A DNA stretch of 63,492 nt, filler included, from Globobulimina sp. (GCA_003354225.1; 38 parts of 38 records of this genome joined end to end with filler, not necessarily neighbours in it); one strand, 5' to 3'. Counted from the first letter of the whole stretch, positions 23,144 through 35,158 are shown. Program-made: numbers and translations. Notes: generated by a model from the sequence alone, not told the origin.

Positions 23144-23340
23144 TTAGAGGAAAATATTGGCAGGGAGCTCTTCTTACAGCAATAGCTCTTGCACTCGAAA
23201 TTAAATCAGCGCATCTTCAGATAACTTATTATTTATTGATTATTGTTATTGTTTATGGTATTTATAAATTAGTTGAAGCCATTTCCCAAAAACAGCTACC
23301 GCATTTCTTTAAAGCAACCGGAATACTTTTGATTGCAGCA
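23122..23340 (+). CDS. Fragment of a bacterial YfhO-like membrane protein (Bacteroidota-type)
   Basis: AGIILAFRGKYWQGALLTAIALALEIKSAHLQITYYLLII resembles the H.QITYY membrane segment of Bacteroidota YfhO-family proteins (recognised from memory). Confidence 0.7.
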
Positions 23341-23630
23341 NNNNNNNNNNNNNNNNNNNNNNNNNNNNNNNNNNNNNNNNNNNNTTAATTAATTAANNNN
23401 NNNNNNNNNNNNNNNNNNNNNNNNNNNNNNNNNNNNNNNNCTTCCACCCATATTTGGAAGGAGTGAAGCACAGATTTGTGTTAGGCACATCTTTGGGGAC
23501 TAGGAAATATATTTATCAGCTGGTACAATATTTGAAGAAAAGTACAACAGGTTCTTTAAGTATTTAATATTAATTATAGAAATTTGCAAGCCATCACAAA
23601 TCAAACGCTCAAAATAACAAAAAACATACA

Positions 23631-23712
23631 AGACATTTTTGCTTTATCGTAAAATCTGTTTTTCAACGTTTTGTCTGTTACAAAATAGATTTTTACGATA
23701 AACAGAAATGCC
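23631..23712. mobile_element. MITE-like family B, degenerate copy
   Basis: catttttgctttatcgtaaaatct ... agatttttacgataaac.gaaatgcc, the same terminal inverted repeats as 59378-59473. Confidence 0.8.
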
Positions 23713-23978
23713 CATTAGCAGCCCGCCTAAAATCACACATCCTCATTACATACAAATTAAGCAAAGATAATTTGGATAAAAGATGCACATATTTTACAAA
23801 TAAATATAAAAATAAGGTTGGTATGAAAGATAAAATAGAAATAAAATTTAAAAATAAAGAGTTTTTGGGAGTTATTTGGTGGGGGTTGGGGGTGTATTGT
23901 ATCTAAGATAGGCACCACCCCCATGGCTGCATACATCCTCAGCATCTCAAACAAATGATTCGTTCGGCTTTTTTTTAT

Positions 23979-25014
23979 TTAATAAGGCGAATATCGAGCT
24001 CGCTGTGATTGATATCGAGCTCGATGTGATTGATACGAATATGTACCTGTACTATTTGCAAATGGTATCATTGGATATCCCAACAACGGTCGTGATATTG
24101 CTGTATTACAGGATACACCATCTCCATTTTGATTTGCATAATGTGTTACCGGAGGTACAATTTGTGGCATTTGCACAGCACTCGATTGAGCACATAAAAC
24201 CAATGGATTATCATAACCACTTTTACGCAAATTATTACTTTTAAAAATAAGAGCAAAATCACTGACTGCTACACCATTTCTTGCATAAAATACAACCTCA
24301 ATATCTTCAATATTGTCATTACGGATCATTATCATTGCATGGCCTTCGATTCTTTTCTTTCTCTTTGTTTTTCGCTTTGGATCGTCAATCAAATTACAAA
24401 AACCTACGCCTAATAAACCTTTTGTAGCTTTCAAAATCATTAAACCATCATTCACCAATTTAATAGCTACCAACGGCGCAAACGTCATACAATCCGTTCT
24501 CTGATAAATAAAAAAAGTTAAACGTATACAAATTCAGAAGGGATCGTGAATTCCTGCTTGTTTACAAAAATACAAATTGCAAACTACTCAAACCTGTGAG
24601 GTCCCGGTTGCTTTAACAAAGGCAGCATCACCGATCATTTTAAGCCAAAATTCTTGCGCAGTTCCACGACATTGAGCAGTCAAAGAAAAATCAAACTGTT
24701 TAATACCAATAACCTGTTTAAGTATGGCTGCTGCTGATTTTTGATCACAATCGACAGCAATGGCAAATAGCGCTGCTAATGATATACTAGATATACTCTG
24801 AAATGCAGACAGGTTAAAACCTGGACAGCAATTACTTCCTTGATTGAAACAGCAATAATGTAATGGACAACTATTTGGCACGAATGCCACTAATTTGTCT
24901 CTAATTGTGTTACTGCAATGATGGTGCTTAACAATTTTGTTACCCGCTGCACAATCTTTATTTGGATTTTTATGGTTTGGCCATGATGCTGTGGTCCTCC
25001 GAATTGCATCATAA
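23979..25014 (-). CDS. Protein of unknown function (2 exons visible, 5' partial)
   Basis: Open frame from the contig end to ATGTSQ, then intron gtttga...tttatcag, then RTDCMTFAPL...ARYSPY*. Confidence 0.6.
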
Positions 25015-25313
25015 NNNNNNNNNNNNNNNNNNNNNNNNNNNNNNNNNNNNNNNNNNNNTTAATTAATTAANNNNNNNNNNNNNNNNNNNNNNNNNNNNNN
25101 NNNNNNNNNNNNNNAGAATCCAACGGGCTTACTCAGCAACAACAGTTGTGCAGTTATGATCTGCCTGCAACGTATCTTACTTTCAATGTTCAGGTACAGA
25201 CTAGAGCCTAAAAGTGATGATCCAAGGGATCTTTACACGTGACGGATTCCCGGTCACATGGTTGAGGAAGATGAGAGAGGAGTGGAAGTGAAGTTTTTTT
25301 GTGATTGGCAAGG

Positions 25314-25383
25314 TTTTTGGGTTAGCTAGAGTGGTTTTCAACTTCGTATACTAGGTTGAAAACCACTCTAGTGAACCTAAAAA
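25314..25383. repeat. Near-perfect 70-bp palindrome
   Basis: CTAGAGTGGTTTTCAAC (25326-25342) / GTTGAAAACCACTCTAG (25355-25371) form a perfect 17-bp inverted repeat around a GTATAC centre. It extends imperfectly to the T5/A5 flanks. Confidence 0.9.
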
Positions 25384-25735
25384 GTCAAATATAATAGATC
25401 TAAATAACTGTCATAACTGACTAACGTGTTTTTTTTTAATGGCACAAACAGTTTTTCGTTCGTCTATTGGATAGGGAGGACCAACCACATTGTTCACAGA
25501 TGCCTTGCAATCATTTGAATGTTTGATTGTACAGTATAATAGATCTAAATAAGATTGCAGTAATTTAGAGGGAGCCTCTCATATCATATAATGTTTAATA
25601 AACCAACAAATAAAAACACCTATAAAAGAATAAAAAATAAAAACAAAACATATGCTTTTCATCATAACATAATAATAGAAATAAAAGATAATATAAAATT
25701 GCAAATAATAAATTGGTTGCAAAAAAAGATAAATA

Positions 25736-26210
25736 ATAAATTGGATTGGGATAAATTGGATTGGGATAAATTGTTTGGCACCATCCCAATAAATTGTCTG
25801 GACGCATCGATGAGGTAATTAAATAAGAAGGGCACCATCCAAATAACTGTATATGAATAAACGGGCGCCAACCCCAGAACTGGCATCAATATGTATGTAT
25901 GATATGAATACACTGCAGAAAAATGAAAATCAAAGACGAAATAGTTGGTCAAGCAAAGTGATATAACTTGTTCAGTCTTGTTGCAAGCACTTCTTTTTTT
26001 TAATACAAAATTTAAAACCTATGGATTTGCACATAAATGCTGCATTTTTTGTAAGCCATGAAGTGTCAGGATACTTTTCTTAGTTACTAACAAACTGCAG
26101 CGCCCGTTTTATTCATATACCAGTTATTGGGATGGTGCCATTCTTAATTAATTACATCATCGATCATAATCAAACAATTCCCAATTCAATTTATCCCAAT
26201 CAAATTTATC
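25736..26210. mobile_element. Foldback/MITE-like element with long inverted arms
   Basis: 25806-25868 is the imperfect reverse complement of 26100-26164. The outer arms carry ttgggataaattg subrepeats mirrored at 26165-26210. Confidence 0.75.
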
Positions 26211-27047
26211 GGAAGGAAAATAGGTTACAGGGTTAATCATATTATTATGACTATAATATGACTATAAAAGTATGGAGGAACTTTTCCACCAAATTATAGT
26301 CATATATTCAACTATGTACAAGTCGATATGATTTTTTTGGAGGTATGATCACGGTATGATCACGGCGGTATATATGATCAAATTTATCTTTGCCTCCATA
26401 TATGCTGTGTGGGGTCTTAGTGCAGAGTCTTAGCAAAAAGATGCTAAATGACACTTTATGATACAAAAGGATCATTTTTGATACGCAGTGATTCATTGTG
26501 ATTCGTCTAAAAGTCTAAAAACGGATTGTTTCAGCTAAAAACGAATCTTTGTGTTGACAAAATGATTCGTTTGGCGATCCATTTTTTCCTAAAAAGACTC
26601 AAAGTGATTCTTTTCTAAAGATACGCATCATGATACTTTTTGATGCGCATCAGATACGTTTTTGACACATAATTGAGCCTTTGAAAATNNNNNNNNNNNN
26701 NNNNNNNNNNNNNNNNNNNNNNNNNNNNNNNNTTAATTAATTAANNNNNNNNNNNNNNNNNNNNNNNNNNNNNNNNNNNNNNNNNNNNAGCAAAAATAGA
26801 GTGTGATGAAAAATTTTCATTACTTGAAGCCCCTGGGTCAAAAATAACTCCGTTCCATTGATTGTCGAAAACTAGTTTTTATAAGAAGTTGTAGTAGTAG
26901 ATCATTTCTAACTGTAAGCACAGTAAGATTTCGGAACGTCAAATTCATAAGAGCGCCAAAGAAGTGTGAGCGAAACATTGCTTAAGAATCGACGATCAGA
27001 AATGAAGGGTTTCATTCCATTAAAATGGAGAAAAAATCGTGCCCAGA

Positions 27048-28341
27048 CTAGAACCCACCCAAACACAACAAAAGTAATAATACTCTTACTTCGTTTATGT
27101 CATCGTCGTTTTCAGAATTAAATTCGGCTGAGCATGTATTAAATTTTTTCATCTCTGGAAACAAGGAAGGGAGCAAATGGAAACATTTCCAAATATCGCT
27201 GAATATATGATTTATTGAAATAAATATCAATTTCTTTCGAGATTCATCACTGAGACTATTACAGAATGCTTCGAGGTTAATGTTATTGGATGAGATATAT
27301 TTGTTTGTAAATATGAAATGTTCAATAACAGAAGCACCATTTATGATTTCAATAACGGCACTTATATTTTCATGTCCAACGGTATCAACCAACAATAACT
27401 TTGTTAAAGGTTTTCCCATAATTGCAGTGAAATCAACTTCGCCAAGAAGTTCAGAGAAGTAAATGGACTTTAACTGATTACAACTTTTAATGACAGGCCA
27501 CATTGGGTCAAGTGAATTGGCGAAAGACTTCACTTTCACTGGGCCAAGTTCATTGGCGAAATAATCCACTTTCAAAGAAATTTCTTTCAAATATGGGGTG
27601 GACCTTTGAAGTGAATCATGTAACAACTTTCTGATTTGTTCGTCTACTTCAGGTTTTCCATAATCAATAGAGCCATAATGAAATTCTAGACATTCTATTT
27701 GCATTTTCCCTTGATTTTTAACAAATATTACCATAATACGGGGGAATACGGTAGGAATATCACCAATATGACATGTGTTAGAGCCACAATGTATGAGAAG
27801 TTGTTTTATTTGTGCTCTTTCGATCAATAATTGAATAGCATCTGGCCATTTATTGAAACGAATATGATGATGATTCAAATAACACATTTCGGAAGTACAA
27901 AACGCTTTCATCTCTAAAAAGAACATTTAAATAGGTTACTCCACCTAAAAAATCGAGAGATTTTTTTAACTCCTATCAAAATTTACGTCCGATCGACCCC
28001 CACTCCATAAATTTACAGTACAACGATTTCGGGCGGTTTTGTTAGCTATGTGTATGTCTCTCTCATCATATGGAAACGCCCATTTCCCATAAAAATTCAC
28101 AAGACTCACCCGAATCTCGGAGGTTAGTACAGCATGTCATCAGTAATTCAAGAGTGTGAATTCCTCTCCAACTTGGTGATCGAGAGGCCACATAACGGAA
28201 TCGTTTAGAAACTTGTTCCAATTCCATTTTTTTTCCAATAATTGTTATATAGGAACAAATTTTCATTAATAATTCATCAGGCAACCGAAATATTGGTACA
28301 TCATTAACAACTTCTTCCACATCAGCGATTGAACAAGCCAT
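27048..28341 (-). CDS. F-box/LRR-like protein (spliced, 3' end uncertain)
   Basis: F-box PIFRLPDELLMKICSYI..LEQVSKRFRYVA..W. G|gtgagt...tttttag|AG joins in frame to EMKAFC. LRR-like LKEISLK and LKSIYFS. A further donor gtaaga follows DDINE. Confidence 0.8.
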
Positions 28342-28699
28342 TTCTAAAAATGAAATACAGTANNNNNNNNNNNNNNNNNNNNNNNNNNNNNNNNNNNNNN
28401 NNNNNNTTAATTAATTAANNNNNNNNNNNNNNNNNNNNNNNNNNNNNNNNNNNNNNNNNNNNTTTTCCATTTTTAATTTCACGAAAGAAATCAAACTAAA
28501 ATATAAATATATTCAACAAACATCAAACACGAGAAAAAAAAGATGAAAAAAAAAATGTACAATACAAAAATGAACAAAAATAAAAATCTAGAAAGACAAA
28601 TAAAAGCTAAAATTGAAAGAAAAAGCAATCATCAGATACAAAATGAAAAATAAAAATAGTCAGAATAAAATAAAAAAAGAAAAGCAAATATATATATAT

Positions 28700-30013
28700 T
28701 TATTGTTTAGCATTGTAATGTGTCAGTTGCTGCACAGAATTCAGATTTTGTTTTGAATAAAATCCGTGTTGAACTAAAACAGATAACAAACTGACGATAT
28801 CGCCATGTTCTTCATCGTCATTTGTATGCTGATCATCAAAAACACTCTCATTCGAATCATTATTTATTTCATCCATCGATGGCATGGATCGCGACCTCCT
28901 TTTTCTTTGATTTTCCATTTTCAACTTATTTGACTGCGAAAAGGAAGTTGAATTTTTACTAGATTGCGGATTATGGAACATTTGCGCAAAACGACCAAAT
29001 TCATCCAATAACGACCGACTCGCCGCATGTTTGCCTTTGTCGTATTTCCTCAATTTATCAGCGTAGGCATCCTCTGGAGAGGGGAAAAAATCCTTTTCTT
29101 CCTCTTCAATGTCGTCATCTAAGTCTATATCATCCATATCATTCACATCATTGTCATCCATATCCATCTCTGCATTATATGTAATTGTTATATTTGTCGC
29201 ATTCCGTTCGTGCGCATTCTCCCCATCCCGATCTGTATCATGTTGTAACGTCAACATCTCACTAATCAATGTCTCATCATCTCCATCCTCCGAACTATCC
29301 AATGCTGGTAAAATTATTTTATTATTTTGAATTTTGGCAATATCAACAATGACATGTTGCAACTCCTCACTTTCTTCGATTTCATCGCAGGCAAAATTGA
29401 TATCGATGTGGTTATTGTTGACAGTCTGATTGTCATTTGGCAGCGAATACGCTTTCCGTAAATCTAATATCTGATCATGACCATATTCATCGTCGTCCTC
29501 GTCATATCCGTACAAATCCGGCATTTTAGGCGGAAGAGAGGATGGCTGCTGTTTGCTATTTTTATTTTTATTCAATAATTCAAAGATACGTTTATTTAAC
29601 GACGGTCGCGCATTATCTGTGTGATAGGAATTGGAGATAAAGAATGTATTCGTATGCTCACTCTCTTTGGATAGCAATTGGAATATATTCATATTTGGTG
29701 TCATGGATTCATTTTCTTTTTTGTTATTGATCGCTTCCATTAATATCACATCATTTTCATCGTACACAATATTCATCATTTGATTTACGGTTTTGTCGTC
29801 CGAGGTATTTAATACTTTGACAAATTCATTAAATTTGAGCGATCCACATTTCATTCGCATAAACGACTTATATTCTTGGGTCGGATTGATTTTTAACGCT
29901 TTAATTCTGGCTTCGAACTCCTCTTTGTTTACATTGCCCAAATCGTATTGGCAGAATATTTCAAGTAATTTGTATCGATTCTCATTAATCAGCCTTGTTT
30001 GCTCAGAGCTCAT
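28700..30013 (-). CDS. Acidic low-complexity protein of unknown function
   Basis: 437-aa ORF with an EF-hand-like helical N terminus (weak) and a D/E/N-rich remainder. Confidence 0.6.
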   Translation of the reverse strand: MSSEQTRLINENRYKLLEIFCQYDLGNVNKEEFEARIKALKINPTQEYKSFMRMKCGSLKFNEFVKVLNTSDDKTVNQMMNIVYDENDVILMEAINNKKENESMTPNMNIFQLLSKESEHTNTFFISNSYHTDNARPSLNKRIFELLNKNKNSKQQPSSLPPKMPDLYGYDEDDDEYGHDQILDLRKAYSLPNDNQTVNNNHIDINFACDEIEESEELQHVIVDIAKIQNNKIILPALDSSEDGDDETLISEMLTLQHDTDRDGENAHERNATNITITYNAEMDMDDNDVNDMDDIDLDDDIEEEEKDFFPSPEDAYADKLRKYDKGKHAASRSLLDEFGRFAQMFHNPQSSKNSTSFSQSNKLKMENQRKRRSRSMPSMDEINNDSNESVFDDQHTNDDEEHGDIVSLLSVLVQHGFYSKQNLNSVQQLTHYNAKQ

Positions 30014-30136
30014 TTTAATTAATTCACGAATTATAANNNNNNNNNNNNNNNNNNNNNNNNNNNNNNNNNNNNNNNNNNNNTTAATTAATTAANNNNNNNN
30101 NNNNNNNNNNNNNNNNNNNNNNNNNNNNNNNNNNNN

Positions 30137-31217
30137 TCCCATAATGAGAGCAAAATGAATGAAGAAATTATCGAACAAAGTAATAATGATATTGTTGACA
30201 ATGGACTGTATACAAGAGAACAAGTTGAAGAATGTGTGAAAACATTCCGTCATAAAATCCAACAATTACAACAATCAGTGGCAGAGAAACGAAATTCATT
30301 GAAAGAGGAACGTATTAAAACGAAAAATTTGGAAAATAGGATTAAAAAAATGCGCGTCAAATTTGCCAATGACAGATGGAACGTTGAAAGTATGCGAAAA
30401 CAATTGGATGAAACAAAAATATTATTAGAAAATGAACAAAATAAATCATTGAAATTATTAGAAAGAATAAATGCAATATTATCAAGAAAGAAAATTGATA
30501 AATGGAGTAATAATGATATCTTACATTGGATAAATAGTATGAATTTAGGTGAGATCCACAAATATTTTTTGTATATAAATTTCCATACAAATTATCTGAC
30601 GATATGTTTTCAAATGTTTTTGTAGAAACAAATGTTTTACAAATTATTGAAATATGTCTTGTTGTTTAGATACTGAATGGAATGATAAAATAATGGAAGA
30701 AATAAGGAATTGCGAATGCAACGGAAAAGATATTGTGCAGTTAAAATGTGCTCAGGAAGTTGGCGAATCATTTGATATCGAAGAGAATGCATTGCTGTGT
30801 AATGAGTTATTTATGAAACTAAAACTGTTAAAAAATGGGAGCAATATTAATGATATCGATGAGATAAAGGAATGTGATGTGGAGAAAGAAAATAAATTTG
30901 AAATCAATATATTTAGCCAGGGAAAAGATATAACATTAAATGAAAAAGTAACAGCAAATCATTCAATAAAATATGTTCAACAAATGTATAAAACACAAAC
31001 CAATGTTGCTGCTGATATTAAAGATATTCATTTTTATTGCCGGTTAAAGTTATTATCACCAAATGTATATGTTTTTTCTTTTTGATAATTGTTTTTTTTG
31101 TAGGTTTATATAATGGTTTTTTTGTAATATATACAGAAGACATTGGGTCAAGTCAATATTATTGATGAGAGGCATTTAATTACAGTTAAATTTGGAATCG
31201 ATGGAGCAATAATTTAA
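30137..31217 (+). CDS. Coiled-coil + SAM-like + C-terminal ubiquitin-like domain protein
   Basis: IDKWSNNDILHWINSMNL|DTEW..CNGKDIVQL is SAM-like. FEINIFSQGK..SIKYVQQMY..IHFYCRLKLLSPN|KTLGQVNI..LITVKFGIDG is beta-grasp-like. Two in-frame GT-AG introns. Confidence 0.7.
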
Positions 31218-31462
31218 AATCCGTGATATTATATAGTTTATAATGTGATATTGGAATTCAAAAAGTATTGAATGTGTACAATAAAAGATCGTGTCTAGAT
31301 TGCGTCTTCAATTAATTTTATATCTATTTTAATTATTTTTTTTGAATGAAAATTAACAAACTGTTCCAACTGAAATCCAGGTTTCTGACTACTGCACTTA
31401 AGCTTGCATCATCATATCACATTTATTTCATTTTGTTCGTTTTGAACTAAACCGACGACAAT

Positions 31463-31710
31463 ATGGGAAACAAGCAAACTAAAAGGAATCAGCATAATGA
31501 ATATGTTTCACCGCAAAAATACATAAAACCAATTAAAATTGACAATTCACCATCCAGCGTTATCTATCATCATCAAAAGCCATTGTCACAGTTTTCATTC
31601 ACAGACAAAGGAAAAGTGGAAGAAATTTCAAAATTTGTTGTTTATGGATTTTTTCGTTGTACATACCAACATATCATACCTGACGATATTGTCAGTATAA
31701 TTATTTTACA
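31463..31710 (+). CDS. N terminus of a probably myristoylated protein with a GF/Y.R...IP.dI motif
   Basis: MGNKQTK start and FVVYGFFRCTYQHIIPDDIVSII. Truncated by the spacer. Confidence 0.6.
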
Positions 31711-31810
31711 NNNNNNNNNNNNNNNNNNNNNNNNNNNNNNNNNNNNNNNNNNNNTTAATTAATTAANNNNNNNNNNNNNNNNNNNNNNNNNNNNNNNNNN
31801 NNNNNNNNNN

Positions 31811-32356
31811 ATTTGATTGGCCATCCAATACATTAACTAAATATTGACGAACAAATATCGGATTGCAAACATCGCGGGTTTCATAATGGCTTCTTCCTGC
31901 TTTCCTTGATTTTGGTGTTGCATTTTCCATCAATTCCCTTGATAATATTACAATTTGCTTGATCCATTGTTCTGTGATTTTGTTATTGAATACAATAACA
32001 CTTTGAAATGGTATAGTTGTCGTAATTATATCTGTTGCATAAACATCAGCTGATGGTGCTGCTACATTGCACGTTGAGATTGCTAGTCGATCATTGTCAT
32101 ATTTTTGCATATAAATGGCTGCATTTTGTGCTGCTACGAAAATGCCCAAAATACCAATTTGTTCACTTTTTAATTCATTTATTTGGCGTAAAATGATACG
32201 GCTATCAAATGGTTCAGCAATGAATTGAAATTCCTCAGAAATGGTTGTATACTGTGAACGAATAAATTGTAGAAATTCATCAACTATTCTGCATGGATTT
32301 TGACTTGGTTGCTGTGGCAGTTGTTTTGGTAAAAATAAATGGTGGAATCCTTCCAT
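31811..32356 (-). CDS. DUF6606-like N terminus of a giant DUF3638/DUF3645-type protein
   Basis: HHLFLPKQLPQ, IFVAAQNAAIYM and PKSRKAGRSHYETRDVCNPIFV match remembered motifs H.FLPP.LPQ, I.AQNA and K..KAG....E.RD...P. Confidence 0.7.
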
Positions 32357-32559
32357 CTTTTCAGATATGATCTTTATTTGAACTACTCGCCACTATCTTT
32401 AGTTGAATTTTAACTGTTGCCAGTGAGTGAGAGTAACTTCGAAGCTACTTTTTGAGTTTTTGTATTCATTATTAATTTGCATATTGAACTACTATAAAGT
32501 CTATAATCATGCATGGAGAACTTTTCATACACTTATTATAACACGGAACATTTCAGAAT

Positions 32560-33384
32560 TTAAGTTTCAAGATTTATAAATGAACCTTTATATTTTCCAT
32601 TTTTATCAACAATGAATGAATAACAAATATTATAGATATTTTTATCAATCACATATTTTCCACAATCATCTTCATTCTCAATCATGCGATGTTTAATATA
32701 AAGCATTATAAAAACAATTCCATTTTCAGCAAAGTATTTATGTATTTGTTTGATAATTTTATTTTTATTACTTTTACATCCTTCAGATCCAACAAAGCCA
32801 CCACAACAATCATGAATGTCAGCATTCCTACAAACACCTCGGGAACGACCAAAACCGCCACATTTACAGTCATCATCATGATGGAAAGTTCCGTTTGGAT
32901 GATACATTGCCACTTTATCCAATTTCAAATGATATTTAACAACAAATAATGAATTATATTCTTTCATTGTCATTAAATCTTTCCCTTCAACAAAGGCACC
33001 ATATTTTTTTCTACATTTAAAATAAACGACATTGTTCATGCTACCATTGGTTGTTCCCATTGGTTTTGATAATTGCATTCCATAACAAATATATTTATTT
33101 GTTGGTTTTCCAATATATCTGACAGCACCAAAACAATCTAATTTTGGTACTCTTACTGTATCGCCAAATGTTATACGTAATATATCAGTGTTTTTTTTTA
33201 TTATTTGTTTAATTGATTTCATTGTAACAAATGTTCCTTTTCTTCTATTTGTTGTTTTAAAATAATATCTGTTGCATATTGATCCATCATTCAATGTATA
33301 ATAACTTCTTTTTTTCTCATTTAACTCAATACCATAAAATGTACCATGTCTTAATTCAATTTCTCCGATGAATCGAACAACTCC
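32560..33384 (-). CDS. Tandem CAP-Gly domain protein with BTK-like Cys/His motif (5' partial)
   Basis: GVVRFIG..FYGIEL..NDGSI...YF..KGTFV and GAVRYIG..YGMQL..GTTNGS...YFKC..YGAFV, followed by YHP...CC......GC. Confidence 0.85.
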   Translation of the reverse strand, partial: GVVRFIGEIELRHGTFYGIELNEKKRSYYTLNDGSICNRYYFKTTNRRKGTFVTMKSIKQIIKKNTDILRITFGDTVRVPKLDCFGAVRYIGKPTNKYICYGMQLSKPMGTTNGSMNNVVYFKCRKKYGAFVEGKDLMTMKEYNSLFVVKYHLKLDKVAMYHPNGTFHHDDDCKCGGFGRSRGVCRNADIHDCCGGFVGSEGCKSNKNKIIKQIHKYFAENGIVFIMLYIKHRMIENEDDCGKYVIDKNIYNICYSFIVDKNGKYKGSFINLET

Positions 33385-33484
33385 NNNNNNNNNNNNNNNN
33401 NNNNNNNNNNNNNNNNNNNNNNNNNNNNTTAATTAATTAANNNNNNNNNNNNNNNNNNNNNNNNNNNNNNNNNNNNNNNNNNNN

Positions 33485-34549
33485 TGAGGACAAAAACACA
33501 TTCAACGCAGCGGATTTCTGTCGATTGTCTTCTTCCTCATATTGCTCACTGTCTTCTTCCTCATATATCAATATATCATCGTCATGCTCCTCATCCGTTT
33601 TATGATGCGCTTTCTCGTCGCAGTCAGTCAAAACTGTCAAGTCCATGGATTTGGTAATCATGTCATTGGATTCCTGCCGTTGAAATGCCATGGTTTGCTT
33701 CATGATCATCTCTTGCTGTCTCAATTTGCGATATTTCTTTTGTACAGAAAGTACAGCGATGTCTAATAGCAGTAAACAGAAAGGAACAATGATCAATAAT
33801 TGGATCAAATTGTAGAGATATATGTATTGTGTATATGCCGATGCCGTATTCTCTTGCAATGAATATATTGATTTTATTAATGGTATTCCAATGGCGATAT
33901 CATATGTGGAGGTGGCAAATAATCCAAATACACACCATTTAGCCAATGGGTGATCATGTAATAAGCACTATATATAAGTACATATTGTATATATTATATT
34001 ACATTATAAATACATAACTTGTCTGTATTTAACCATATATTTAGTGACATCTTGTTCGTTGGTTAAAATACCAGTTTGTTGATGAGATTTTTTCTTTCTT
34101 TTTGTTGAATAAAATAAACACATTGAAAATAATGCGGATAGGACCAATAACAATAGCTTTGCGGTCAAACATATTATTAAATTTTGATAAAAAAAGGAGT
34201 TATTTGTGCTGCTCTTCAGGTAATCATCACCATCATCGATTGAGTGGTACGCAGTTAATGAGGTTGATAATATTTGAAAATATTGGAACGGCAAAACAAT
34301 ATAATACAAAACATTACCAACATATTTGATCGGAATGAATATTAATAACTGTTTGTATTGCTGCTGAAACCATGACATAAATTTGGTGTGCCCCGCTTGT
34401 CCATGTTTTAATTCAGATTGATTGTACCATTCAGGAATCAGGTATCCAACTCTTTGCATGAAGTATCCAACCAATACATATGCTATGATTACCAATAACG
34501 CTTCGCCAAATGATTGTATTTGATTTGTCTGAATTTGTGCCATGATCAC
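33485..34549 (-). CDS. Multi-pass membrane protein of unknown function (2 exons, 3' partial)
   Basis: About five hydrophobic helices. Intron gttatg...atatag joins KYRQ to CLLHDHPLAKW. Confidence 0.65.
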
Positions 34550-35158
34550 TAGCTTACTTCATGAAAATCTTTAAAAAGAAAAATTAAAAGCACTTTTACA
34601 TATAGATTGAACAAATCCATCATAATATTTATCATACAATGTTTCATTCATTCTTTCAATTAAACCCTCAATTTCTTGTGTCTTTGCCATAAATTGTTCA
34701 TTTAAACTCTTTTCACCTTTTGCAATTTTGTTGCCATCGTTCCATTTCATATTCCATAACAGCGGAAATACTGTTTTTATATCACTTGGCATAAAACGCA
34801 TAATTTTACCGTCCCTATATCGCATTATTACATTTTATTCAATATATTATTACATACAAACAAAAATAAACATAGACTGTATATACCAATAAAAATACAA
34901 TACATACCATCACATGTCAACCCTGATAACCAATACATGACAGGCACATTATCCTTCTTCTTCGATGCATCACCACCCCCATCAACACAAGTAAAATTCC
35001 CTCCAATAACGCTAATATCGTCTGCATATGTGGCATGAAAAGCAGGCATAGAAATGCTNNNNNNNNNNNNNNNNNNNNNNNNNNNNNNNNNNNNNNNNNN
35101 NNTTAATTAATTAANNNNNNNNNNNNNNNNNNNNNNNNNNNNNNNNNNNNNNNNNNNN

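Noticed and set aside
32491-32540. Similarity to 26250-26300 (ctataa...atggag.aacttttc...ttata)
   Set aside because: Short and AT-rich. It cannot be distinguished from chance without a search.
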